50,822 bases of DNA from a virus. Lineage: Duplodnaviria; Caudoviricetes. The position numbers and the translations under genes are program-made. The notes under the pieces are model-generated. The model did no database searches and was not told the origin of the DNA. It saw nothing but the letters and a program-made list of their open reading frames with translations. Positions 1 to 7,780 of the stretch are shown here, piece after piece (the stretch's first letter is position 1; each line of letters opens with the position of its first letter). The stretch covers positions 1-50,822 of the IMG/VR virus record IMGVR_UViG_3300030450_002767. One strand, written 5' to 3'.

Positions 1-150
1 CTTGAATTTTTCTACTTCCACACGCTTTCTATCGTTTGTGGATTCTCTTTGAGCTGTTTGTAGGTCTCCCTCTAGCTCTTTAATTTTTCCTTCTTGTTCT
101 TCAACTTGTGCTTGTAACTGTTGTAACATACTTGTTCTCTTTAGAACGCC
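1..150. repeat. Terminal direct repeat (circular-assembly overlap), left copy
   Basis: 1-150 matches 50673-50822 except for 4 substitutions; lies inside the portal gene. Confidence 0.97.
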
Positions 151-2067
151 TTCTGTGTCTGCAACTTCTGTCTGTTCAAGAACTTCTTGCTGGTCTATAA
201 TTCCTTTTTCATATAGACTCATATAATAATCAAATCTTGCCCACCTATTAGATGGTAATGTCCCCCCACTAACTACAATTAAGTCATACTGTCCAATTGT
301 AATATCATTAGTTCTTCCAATAATCTCATTTGTTAAATCATCATATATAGGACTATTAATAGTAGTTTCTTGCTCTGTTCCATCTGGCTTCATTATCCTG
401 ATGATTTTCTCATCAGTATAAGTCTGCTGTATTAAATTAACAATAATTCTTCCCATTTGGTTTAAAGATGCCTCAATATCATCTAACTTTGATTTAATAC
501 GCCTTTGGGAATACTCATCAATAGCGACTGTACCCTTATAAGTACTAGGAGCAGATGATGGGTCTCCGTGCTGTAACGGATGAATGCCTAATATGTGATA
601 TATACTCTGTTTTGCATCTTCTCTATTTTTATATAATTCATTTGGCAGAGGAACTGGCCCAGCGACAACAGGCTGTCCTAGTTCTGGGTCAAACTCAATA
701 ACTCCAGTTCCAGCTCGAGACCATTCTTCTTCAAGCTGTTTTCTATTCATTGAGCCTCTAGGTATGAGCAATTTTGTATTTGTAGAAGATGATGCGTGAG
801 CTATAATAAGTGAAGTAATCTTATTTATATACTCTTGGATAGGTTTTATAAACCTAACATCGCTCATTGGATAAGGATTCCGATTATGCCTGTTCATTAT
901 AGTGACAATCGGATAATCTTGAATATCCATGATATGCATGGCTACCAGCACTCTACCGATTGACAAAATCCTCTTGATTCTATCTACTAATACATTATTG
1001 CAAACGAGTATTCCCTCTGCCAATAATTCATTGTAAGATATAGGAGCTAATTTTGTTTCTGAGCCTGGAATCGCTTCAGGTGTTTCAGGGCCAGGCATCA
1101 TTTGAGGCTGTCCAGTCTGCATGTCCATCATCATGTGAAAGACACCGCCAGTCTGTTGATAAACTTGCAATAACTCTTGAACTTCATACTTACCAGTAAC
1201 GAAGTTTGTTTGACCCTGTGTCTCAACAACCATAGCAGGTTGTTTTAAAAATTCTTCATAATCTCCCTCATCATGAATATACTCTTGTCCATTTGTAGTA
1301 TCTAAACAATGCCAGAAAGGGAGCTTTACTTTTTCATATCTGTCTATTATCTCAAATGTTCTAACATTGGTAACATCGTCTGTGATTGGCCCAACTTGTT
1401 GGTCTTCATTCCCTTCACGACTAGAGCCAGGGTATCTTTCATTAGATGTTTGTGTCATTTGGTCAAGTAATGAACCTTTGCCTTCACCTATTGGCTTTAA
1501 AACAGAAGGATACATTGTTGTAATCTGGTCTTCGGTAAACAATCTAGCAACAATAAGATTACTAGCATCCTTACAAAGAGAATCCCTAGAAGATGGGTCA
1601 ATATATAAATCTAATGGGTCTATACTCTTTAAACATACCTCACCTCTACCAAAATCCATCATTGGGTCTACATATGCTTGTAAAACACCCATTCCTTTTA
1701 CATAATAATCATCAATAGATTGTTTCAGCTCAACACTACCATTTGATGTATCCCAAATATAACTCATGACATCAGAAAATATTCTTCCTATTTTTGTATC
1801 ACTATCATCTCTTCCTGTAGATTGAAACTTTGGTTTATTTGCTGTAAGTAGAGCTTTTGCTTGCTCAACAGCAGGGTGAATTACATTATCAACTATTGGG
1901 GATTGCGCTCTATCTTTTAAGATAGTTTGCTGTTTAGATGTCCATTGAGAGTTATTACGAAACTCGTCATCTTCTACGGCTTGTTTAGCCCAAGATTGAC
2001 GATGTTCTTGATAATCATCAAGTAACTCTTCTGACTTTTGTACTTCTGGATGAATAGGTGCTGGCAT
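1..2067 (-). CDS. Portal protein (P22-like), N-terminal 689 codons; continues across the origin to the stop at 50532 (~735 aa in total)
   Basis: Absent from the ORF track because it runs off the window end. Read by hand from ATG 2067: MPAPIHPEVQ...EDDEFRNNSQWT..LKDRAQSPIVDNVIHPAVEQ..YYVKGMG..LYIDPSSRD, typical of P22-type portals; lies between TerL and scaffold. Confidence 0.9.
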   Translation of the reverse strand, partial: MPAPIHPEVQKSEELLDDYQEHRQSWAKQAVEDDEFRNNSQWTSKQQTILKDRAQSPIVDNVIHPAVEQAKALLTANKPKFQSTGRDDSDTKIGRIFSDVMSYIWDTSNGSVELKQSIDDYYVKGMGVLQAYVDPMMDFGRGEVCLKSIDPLDLYIDPSSRDSLCKDASNLIVARLFTEDQITTMYPSVLKPIGEGKGSLLDQMTQTSNERYPGSSREGNEDQQVGPITDDVTNVRTFEIIDRYEKVKLPFWHCLDTTNGQEYIHDEGDYEEFLKQPAMVVETQGQTNFVTGKYEVQELLQVYQQTGGVFHMMMDMQTGQPQMMPGPETPEAIPGSETKLAPISYNELLAEGILVCNNVLVDRIKRILSIGRVLVAMHIMDIQDYPIVTIMNRHNRNPYPMSDVRFIKPIQEYINKITSLIIAHASSSTNTKLLIPRGSMNRKQLEEEWSRAGTGVIEFDPELGQPVVAGPVPLPNELYKNREDAKQSIYHILGIHPLQHGDPSSAPSTYKGTVAIDEYSQRRIKSKLDDIEASLNQMGRIIVNLIQQTYTDEKIIRIMKPDGTEQETTINSPIYDDLTNEIIGRTNDITIGQYDLIVVSGGTLPSNRWARFDYYMSLYEKGIIDQQEVLEQTEVADTEGVLKRTSMLQQLQAQVEEQEGKIKELEGDLQTAQRESTNDRKRVEVEKFK

Positions 2068-2112
2068 TCTGGGGGCAAAATTGCAAAATAAACTAGGGGA
2101 ACATCAACAGTT

Positions 2113-3594
2113 TTATGCTAACATCCAATCTTTTGCTTTATTTATAATGCTTTTCTTTAATTGATGGCCCTCTATTACCTCATGGTGAGGTGAATAAGAA
2201 TTTTTATTAGCGTAGTATAATCCATCTAATAAGTCATCATGTTTTCCACGAGGAAACAATGAAAGCTCATCTTTTAAATCTTGCATATTTTCAAGTATGT
2301 GAACTTTTCCCCTAGAAAATATAGGCTGTAAGCTCTCAAGTCTTCTAGATTTACTATTTCTTGGATTTTCTTTAATATTTAGCCCTGGAATGAATATATT
2401 TTCTTCTTCACTGCGTTTTATCACATATTCTCTTAACATCTCCTGATAACCAACACTTTCAATACGTGTTCGCTCTGAGCGGTATTTTTTATAATTTTTA
2501 ACAATTGCCTCTGCTAAATTGAGAGGAGTAGCCCTGTCCCTGTAATAAGGCAAAGCATACCTGTTTCCATCTTTATCTACTGCTATATTGAAGATTACAG
2601 AATAATCAGCAGTTTGCTTTGTAGATGAAGCAGGGTCTACTCCTGTGAATATATTAACAGGTACTTCTCGCTTTTGTGGTGATATAATATCCAAAACAGC
2701 ATTTCCTTCTGCATCGTGTCTCACTTCTCCTTTATAGTAATTTAAATCTTCCAATTTAAACAATTGGTCTTCATCTCCAACTATTTCACACATATACTCT
2801 CTATAAAACACAGATAGTCTATTTATAGAGTCTAATTCTTCTTTTTTCTCCTTTAATTTTTTAATTGACCACCAATCTTCCCATAGGGCATATCCTTTAT
2901 CAAAATCTGGCTTATATGTTAAATTCAACCATCCCTTCATATCTTTTAATGTTTCAACTAAGCATCTCTGGTGTTGTGGTGTACCAACAATAATTATCCT
3001 TCCTTTTCTTGGGTCTAGTGAAGGAACTGCTGATTGTAGCAACCAACGTAAGTTGGATTCCATTGCTTCGGCTGTTTTTGTATTGTTTTCATCTTCTGGG
3101 TCATCAACGACAATAAGGCTGGGACGCTGGTTCCCTATTTTTATTCCTCTTAACTGTTGGCCTGTTCCCTTGCATATTATCACTGAGCCATCTTTTAACT
3201 CTACTTCAGCCTTCGCCCAGCTCTTAGCAGAATGTTGACCCCAATAGCCAAACAATTCTCTACACTGGTCGCTATAATCAAGTGTATCTTTTATTAAACC
3301 AAGTAATTTAACAGCATGGTCTTGAGTCCTTGATACTAGGACTATTAATTTTTTACCTTCTCCAAAAAATAAGTGGTGCATTGGAAGAATACCACCAACA
3401 ATGGAACTTTTAGCATGTCCCCTAGGCGCAACAATATTTATCTGCTTATTATCATGATTCATAATGTGCTTTGTTAAATCATAGTGAAAATCGGGAGATT
3501 TAGCAGAAAACATATTTGGGATGCACAATTTCCCAAACATCATCATATCATCTTTTAATCGAAAAAGTATTTCTTTCTTTTTACTCTCTTCCAC
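2113..3594 (-). CDS. terL: Terminase large subunit
   Basis: Walker A APRGHAKS, Walker B LIVVDDPED, GTP coupling motif, nuclease motifs GVDPA and FPRGKHDDLLD. Confidence 0.97.
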   Translation of the reverse strand: MEESKKKEILFRLKDDMMMFGKLCIPNMFSAKSPDFHYDLTKHIMNHDNKQINIVAPRGHAKSSIVGGILPMHHLFFGEGKKLIVLVSRTQDHAVKLLGLIKDTLDYSDQCRELFGYWGQHSAKSWAKAEVELKDGSVIICKGTGQQLRGIKIGNQRPSLIVVDDPEDENNTKTAEAMESNLRWLLQSAVPSLDPRKGRIIIVGTPQHQRCLVETLKDMKGWLNLTYKPDFDKGYALWEDWWSIKKLKEKKEELDSINRLSVFYREYMCEIVGDEDQLFKLEDLNYYKGEVRHDAEGNAVLDIISPQKREVPVNIFTGVDPASSTKQTADYSVIFNIAVDKDGNRYALPYYRDRATPLNLAEAIVKNYKKYRSERTRIESVGYQEMLREYVIKRSEEENIFIPGLNIKENPRNSKSRRLESLQPIFSRGKVHILENMQDLKDELSLFPRGKHDDLLDGLYYANKNSYSPHHEVIEGHQLKKSIINKAKDWMLA

Positions 3595-3788
3595 TAATAA
3601 TCAGCTCCAATTAGATGAGACATGTCATCTTCGTAAGCTTTTAGCCCCATATCTGAAGCAACATCTATTAAAACCTTACTAAATGAATCAAGTTTCTTTA
3701 ATTCCTTCTCGTTCGCCTCAACGACAAAATGTTTTAATATATACCTGGGTTTTTCCCTTTTTTCATCTTTTTCAAGAATTATCTTCAT
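3594..3788 (-). CDS. Hypothetical protein
   Basis: 64-aa ORF overlapping both neighbours in the packaging operon. Confidence 0.7.
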   Translation of the reverse strand: MKIILEKDEKREKPRYILKHFVVEANEKELKKLDSFSKVLIDVASDMGLKAYEDDMSHLIGADY

Positions 3789-4545
3789 TTTGCACCTCTT
3801 TTGTGCTTTCTAGTTTTAATTGACGAGTTTCTTCTGTAGCAATCTCATCAAGTATCTTTTTAGAGACATCAATCTGAATTGTGTCTGTTTGTTGTGTTTT
3901 TGATGGTAACATATCCATTATTTTAATATATTGCTCTGCCCCACGTAGCATATTGCTCGGGTCACCATTATTTCTTGCAATTGTAATGGCTTCTGCTATT
4001 ACATCAAGGACATCTCCCTGATTTAGCTCTCTTTCGTTTAAATATTCTTGAATTTTATCATCTACCATGCCTGATATCCTTTTTTGTTTAAATAATCTTT
4101 TTGCAGTAACTGCTGGTTTTGCTTGGTCTGGTCTATATACGTTCCCAATTTTGTCCCAATCAATTTTTCCAGTGCCAAGCATCATGTTAACATATAGCTT
4201 TACAGCGTTTTTTGTACGTTCTAAGCTAGCTTCTCGCTCAATCCAGGGTCTAGTCCCCGTTTGAGAAAATTCTCCCGTATCCCTATGTGGTTCATACAAT
4301 AATTTAGCATTATCATTTATCCACATCCTTCCATATGGCACAACTACTTGCAAAGCGCTCTTATATTTGGCTCTTTTAAGGCATTCTGCAACATATCCGT
4401 CATCTGAGAGGGCTAATTGTCCCTTTTTTGCCTTTTTCCAATGAACATATGACATTTGTTTCTCTTTTGCCTCTTGTTCAGTCATAATTGGGTAAGTAAC
4501 CTCTTCCCAGTTATTAATCTTCAATTTTCTTGATAGGAAGTCCAT
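3772..4545 (-). CDS. Probable terminase small subunit
   Basis: Upstream of terL; HTH-like segment (KPAVTAKRLFKQKRIS) followed by oligomerisation-like helices (DPSNMLRGAEQYIKIMDM). Confidence 0.6.
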   Translation of the reverse strand: MDFLSRKLKINNWEEVTYPIMTEQEAKEKQMSYVHWKKAKKGQLALSDDGYVAECLKRAKYKSALQVVVPYGRMWINDNAKLLYEPHRDTGEFSQTGTRPWIEREASLERTKNAVKLYVNMMLGTGKIDWDKIGNVYRPDQAKPAVTAKRLFKQKRISGMVDDKIQEYLNERELNQGDVLDVIAEAITIARNNGDPSNMLRGAEQYIKIMDMLPSKTQQTDTIQIDVSKKILDEIATEETRQLKLESTKEVQNEDNS

Positions 4546-4789
4546 CTATTTTCTTTGGTAGTTTGTATTTATCCATAATTTCTTGTGATACATCTAATTT
4601 ATCCATACACTCATTTAGGAACCTCTTTAGATAATCTGCTCCTTGATACCGAGGTTTAGGATATATAACCTCCTCATTTTGACAAAATGTAACCAGAACC
4701 CACGCAAGCTCCTCAAATGTTATTTGGTGTCCATGTACAAAGATAATCTTATCCTTTGGGTGTTTTTTGCCTGGAGCTAACTCTATCAT
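4514..4789 (-). CDS. Hypothetical protein
   Basis: 91-aa ORF overlapping the TerS candidate. Confidence 0.7.
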   Translation of the reverse strand: MIELAPGKKHPKDKIIFVHGHQITFEELAWVLVTFCQNEEVIYPKPRYQGADYLKRFLNECMDKLDVSQEIMDKYKLPKKIDGLPIKKIED

Positions 4790-4791
4790 AG

Positions 4792-4860
4792 TACTGCTGT
4801 ATATATATATATATTACTGTTCATCATACTGTATGTTACATACTGTAGTATATATACTGT
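4792..4860. repeat. Five TACTG(T) short repeats with a (TA)n tract
   Basis: TACTG at 4792, 4815, 4827, 4841 and 4855; TA run at about 4800-4814. Confidence 0.8.
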
Positions 4861-4899
4861 TAAAAAACGAAATAAACCCTATGAATGTCAACATGTTTT

Positions 4900-5094
4900 T
4901 CAATTTTTTTTAGTTTTTGCATAATCAGGGTGAATAAAATCGTAGTTACTCTCTAGAATCATCTGTTTTGTCTCTTCTATGCTAGCTTCTGCTTTGGAGT
5001 ACTCAAAAATATAGAATAAGTCTTCAATATCTGAATCTGTGGCTTCAACTTGTTCAAATCTATTGGTCTTACTATTCCACTTCTCAATTTTCAT
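4900..5094 (-). CDS. Hypothetical acidic protein, first gene of the leftward unit
   Basis: 64-aa ORF, no SD, promoter-like sequence immediately upstream. Confidence 0.7.
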   Translation of the reverse strand: MKIEKWNSKTNRFEQVEATDSDIEDLFYIFEYSKAEASIEETKQMILESNYDFIHPDYAKTKKN

Positions 5095-5099
5095 ACTGG

Positions 5100-5129
5100 A
5101 ATCTACTTAAAGTCACTTGGGTACCACAA
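5100..5129 (-). promoter_or_regulatory. Possible sigma70-type promoter giving a leaderless mRNA
   Basis: TTGTGG-18 nt-TAGATT, ending 5 nt before ATG 5094. Confidence 0.35.
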
Positions 5130-5192
5130 TTGTAAAAATTTTGAAAAAATTATGTTAGAGTGAGTGAACGTAATATATACCATTCCTACCCC

Positions 5193-5288
5193 CCAACGAG
5201 GAGTGTATGGGGGCCGTCTTTTTCGTTGAGAATTATTGCCGTTCCCGTTACCTCAACGAAGATGACAGCCCAGCCTCACTCCTGTTGG
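5193..5288. repeat. GC-rich long imperfect inverted repeat at the strand-divergence point
   Basis: CCAACgAGGAGTG pairs with CACTCCTGTTGG; inner GGGCCGTCTTTTTCGTTGAG pairs imperfectly with CTCAACGAAGATGACAGCCC. Confidence 0.85.
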
Positions 5289-5352
5289 CCCCTGGCTTAT
5301 TTAGCTACGCAGTATGTGTAGTGTTTTAATTAACTAATCATTGGGAGGTCTT

Positions 5353-5676
5353 ATGACTATCGATTTTAAAGCTAAAAATAACAGTTTAGGCAAAGTTAAT
5401 TCTCTAACTAGTATAGAGCTTATTAAGAACAGTATTGAGTACTGGGCTAATAGCTGTGATGCTATCTTTGTATCTTGCTCTGATAAGGGTGACAATGTAC
5501 AACAGGCTAAAGATAAGCTTATGTCCATTGCATCTGCTCAGAAGTTTGAGGATACAGAGCCTACAGAGATAGATTCTAAGTTCGAGAATAACCGTGTCTT
5601 TGTTATGAACAGAGTCAGTTTGAAGAATATTGATGACAATACTGATTTGGCTATGGAAATATTGCTTGGCTCATAA
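5353..5676 (+). CDS. Hypothetical protein, first early gene
   Basis: GGAGG SD before ATG 5353; followed by a terminator. Confidence 0.8.
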   Translation: MTIDFKAKNNSLGKVNSLTSIELIKNSIEYWANSCDAIFVSCSDKGDNVQQAKDKLMSIASAQKFEDTEPTEIDSKFENNRVFVMNRVSLKNIDDNTDLAMEILLGS

Positions 5677-5691
5677 CTGTTGAGTGATGTG

Positions 5692-5721
5692 AAAGGGTTT
5701 GCGTGTGTGCAGACCCTTTTT
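5692..5721 (+). terminator. Intrinsic terminator
   Basis: AAAGGGTTTGC-GTGTGT-GCAGACCCTTT stem running into a T tract. Confidence 0.75.
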
Positions 5722-5772
5722 AAATCCGTGCATAAAAAGCAATGCTAATCAAAAACCGAAGGAGAATAGTGT

Positions 5773-5913
5773 ATGTCTAACATAGTTCGTGCGACAGAAA
5801 ACTATTGGTTGATTGAATCTGGTTTTGGTACAATTGTTGAGGTAAGTAGGGAGCAGTATCCTACGCTTATGTCTGCAATTATCGAAGCTAGGCGTCATCT
5901 GATAGAAGGTTGA
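5773..5913 (+). CDS. Small hypothetical protein (46 aa)
   Basis: AAGGAG SD; MSNIVRATENYWLIESGFGTIVEVSREQYPTLMSAIIEARRHLIEG; below the ORF-track cutoff. Confidence 0.7.
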   Translation: MSNIVRATENYWLIESGFGTIVEVSREQYPTLMSAIIEARRHLIEG

Positions 5914-5925
5914 TGTTAATTGAAT

Positions 5926-6099
5926 AAGATTCGGAGTGTAACGAGCTTGGCAACAGAAATGCGTAGTTCCTTAAAATTTGTTTGTAGGTATGAAAAAACC
6001 TTCGATGCCCACTCATCAATAAGTGGCGACTAGTGTTGGAGAAACTGGTTGGGAGATAGAGCGTCCAATAGATAGTGTTTAGACCTACTATCTTTTTTT
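5926..6099 (+). ncRNA. Putative structured small RNA ending in a terminator
   Basis: No ORF with SD; several hairpins, CTTGGCAACAGAA motif at 5946-5958, terminator at 6070-6099. Confidence 0.45.
6070..6099 (+). terminator. Intrinsic terminator
   Basis: AGATAGT...ACTATCT stem followed by a T run. Confidence 0.65.
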
Positions 6100-6187
6100 A
6101 ACTATGCAGAGGGAGCTGGGTAAACCAGAGTAGTGGTAGGCAGTGGTGGGCTAGGTTGAAAAGCACTAGTCGTGTACGCATAGTTAA
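6098..6187 (+). ncRNA. Putative structured RNA module (~90 nt)
   Basis: Perfect 10-bp closing stem TTAACTATGC/GCATAGTTAA; inner CTGG-GTAAA-CCAG and CTAG..CTAG arms. Confidence 0.5.
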
Positions 6188-6244
6188 TATTTGTTACTAA
6201 ATGTAATATTGAGCAAGATGTTGATACATTTAGTTTTATATAGT

Positions 6245-6337
6245 TGAAAAAAGGGTGGATAAATACTGACGAGTATTGACTGTGGCCAGAGTTCCACGCT
6301 GTGCTGAGTAGCATTGCTGGTTTTCGCCCTTTTTTCA
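6245..6337 (+). ncRNA. Putative cloverleaf-shaped RNA module
   Basis: Closing stem TGAAAAAAGGGTGGA/TTCGCCCTTTTTTCA enclosing three hairpins. Confidence 0.55.
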
Positions 6338-6438
6338 CGGATTTAAGGTGTATGTGTGTTTTCTCACTTTTGTGACTATAGACTGTTAACCTTTCTACCC
6401 GAAGATAAATGGACAGTAACCTCAAAAGTGTAATAATT

Positions 6439-6512
6439 AGCGGAGACAAGCTTTGGTAGGCTAATCAGGCTCATATCCTGACTTATTGTGAGTTCGATTC
6501 TCACCTCCGCAA
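6439..6512 (+). tRNA. tRNA-Met(CAT), initiator-like and degenerate
   Basis: Acceptor GCGGAG/CTCCGC with an unpaired 1:72; anticodon arm TCAGG-CTCATAT-CCTGA; T arm GTGAG-TTCGATT-CTCAC; lacks U8 and A14; followed by CTA instead of CCA. Confidence 0.8.
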
Positions 6513-6522
6513 CTAAAAATTT

Positions 6523-6919
6523 GGGAATTGCATTCTGATATGTGTAACTACCAAGATATAGTGTGAACCTAAAGAAACTAATCTTTAGAAACTTCCTATT
6601 TATACTATTACCACTGATATAATGGTATGTGTAAAAACGATAACAGTTGTTGTAACTGTAGTACTTTCATGGGGTCTCCTAAAGAGATGTGATGGGTACA
6701 AGAAATGTTAAATCTATCGTTAGGTCGTATAATTTATATCTCGCATTACCGAAGACGGAGAAGTCCAATGTATCGGAGGATTATAATCGCTTATTTAACT
6801 GTTTAGCTAGCACTTAATATAAGTTATCCTACACAATGTAAACTGTGTTCTAAAGACAGCATTGTTATATCTTGACCGTAACTGGTATATCTAACCAACG
6901 GGGAAAGAATGCAATTCCC
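6523..6919 (+). ncRNA. Large (~397 nt) structured non-coding RNA candidate
   Basis: Perfect 14-bp closing stem GGGAATTGCATTCT/AGAATGCAATTCCC, nested CAAGATATA/TATATCTTG, many internal hairpins, no ORF >=60 aa. Confidence 0.7.
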
Positions 6920-6948
6920 TATAGTTTAAAATAAAAAAGGAGTATAGA

Positions 6949-7182
6949 ATGTTTAAATACAGAAAGTATTATGAATTTTATAATGTCACGGTACATGATG
7001 TGGCTATTAATATTTTTAATAGATTGTATAGATTGTCTTTTACTATTAAATATCCATCTTATAACTTAGAGATATTTGATAATAACGGTCATAAAAGAAT
7101 ATATGAAACAGCTTGGTTCTCTGATAGGTTTGAAAATCATTTAGAAGATGAAGTTAAGAAAAGAGAGGAATCTGATGACTGA
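6949..7182 (+). CDS. Hypothetical protein
   Basis: AAGGAG SD; 77 aa. Confidence 0.8.
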   Translation: MFKYRKYYEFYNVTVHDVAINIFNRLYRLSFTIKYPSYNLEIFDNNGHKRIYETAWFSDRFENHLEDEVKKREESDD

Positions 7183-7420
7183 ATCACATACTGTAAAAGA
7201 TAAATATATAATGTATGACCATGAAGTGATAAAAACACTTAATTTAATAAAAGAAATGATTCTTGATAAGCGCACAAAAACAAGATTTGACCATGTTAGA
7301 GGTAATGTGGAAAATAAAGAAATAATGATAGATGCGATTGATAGAGCTATTTGTATTATTCGTGATGAAGATTTCATTGCAGATGATATGAATCCATTTG
7401 TAAAAAACTTAACTGATTAG
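7175..7420 (+). CDS. Hypothetical protein
   Basis: GAGG SD before ATG 7175, overlapping the previous stop region. Confidence 0.75.
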   Translation: MTESHTVKDKYIMYDHEVIKTLNLIKEMILDKRTKTRFDHVRGNVENKEIMIDAIDRAICIIRDEDFIADDMNPFVKNLTD

Positions 7421-7464
7421 TTAAATGCCTGTCCTGCTCTTGTCTAGGATAGTTGTACCAATTA

Positions 7465-7620
7465 ATGTGACGAAAAGTTGTCCGCTGTGAACTAATTTCA
7501 TTCCTAGGGTGAAGGCAGTGAAGGAGCCACGACAAAGTAATTATGTTTATTGGATAAACGCAACAATCTTAGAAACCTCTGTTAACACTGCAAAGTACTC
7601 GAGTCCCTTCAGTGCCACAT
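7465..7620 (+). ncRNA. Putative structured intergenic RNA with alternative pairings
   Basis: GGCAGTGAAGG (7514-7524) pairs with CCTTCAGTGCC (7606-7616, one mismatch); its GCAGTG core can instead pair with CACTGC (7586-7591). Confidence 0.45.
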
Positions 7621-7708
7621 ATTTGTTAAAAGAGAGCTGGATAGGCGGTGATTTAGATAGGGTGTATATTGTGACTATCTAGTTTTAAACACATCGTTAT
7701 ACTGTGTC

Positions 7709-7780
7709 TGCTTAATAATGTATAACAAGGGTTCTTTTCATAATTATTCCTTTGGTACCCTTTGAGAGAGTTATTAAGCA
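7709..7780 (+). promoter_or_regulatory. Long bulged hairpin (RNase III-site-like or terminator)
   Basis: TGCTTAATAAT/GTTATTAAGCA with inner AAGGGT/ACCCTT, followed by a T run. Confidence 0.55.

Noticed and set aside
6266-6330. CTGACGA hammerhead-like core
   Set aside because: No correctly placed GAAA and stem II on the same strand; the bases fit a simple hairpin
5926-6440. Possible tmRNA gene
   Set aside because: No GGGG..CCACCA acceptor with G3-U70 and no ANDN..AA-type tag frame found
6102-6449. 115-aa minus-strand ORF in the ORF track
   Set aside because: Antisense to the early transcription direction, no SD, overlaps the tRNA and structured modules
6552-6565. AAGATATAGT resembles the group I intron S element
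   Set aside because: It lies at the 5' end of the element, no preceding R (GACTA) partner or P7 is evident, and no interrupted gene flanks it
6755-6768. GGAGAAGTCC resembles the RNase P GAGGAAAGTCC motif
   Set aside because: Imperfect match, wrong position, and no matching 3' P4 strand
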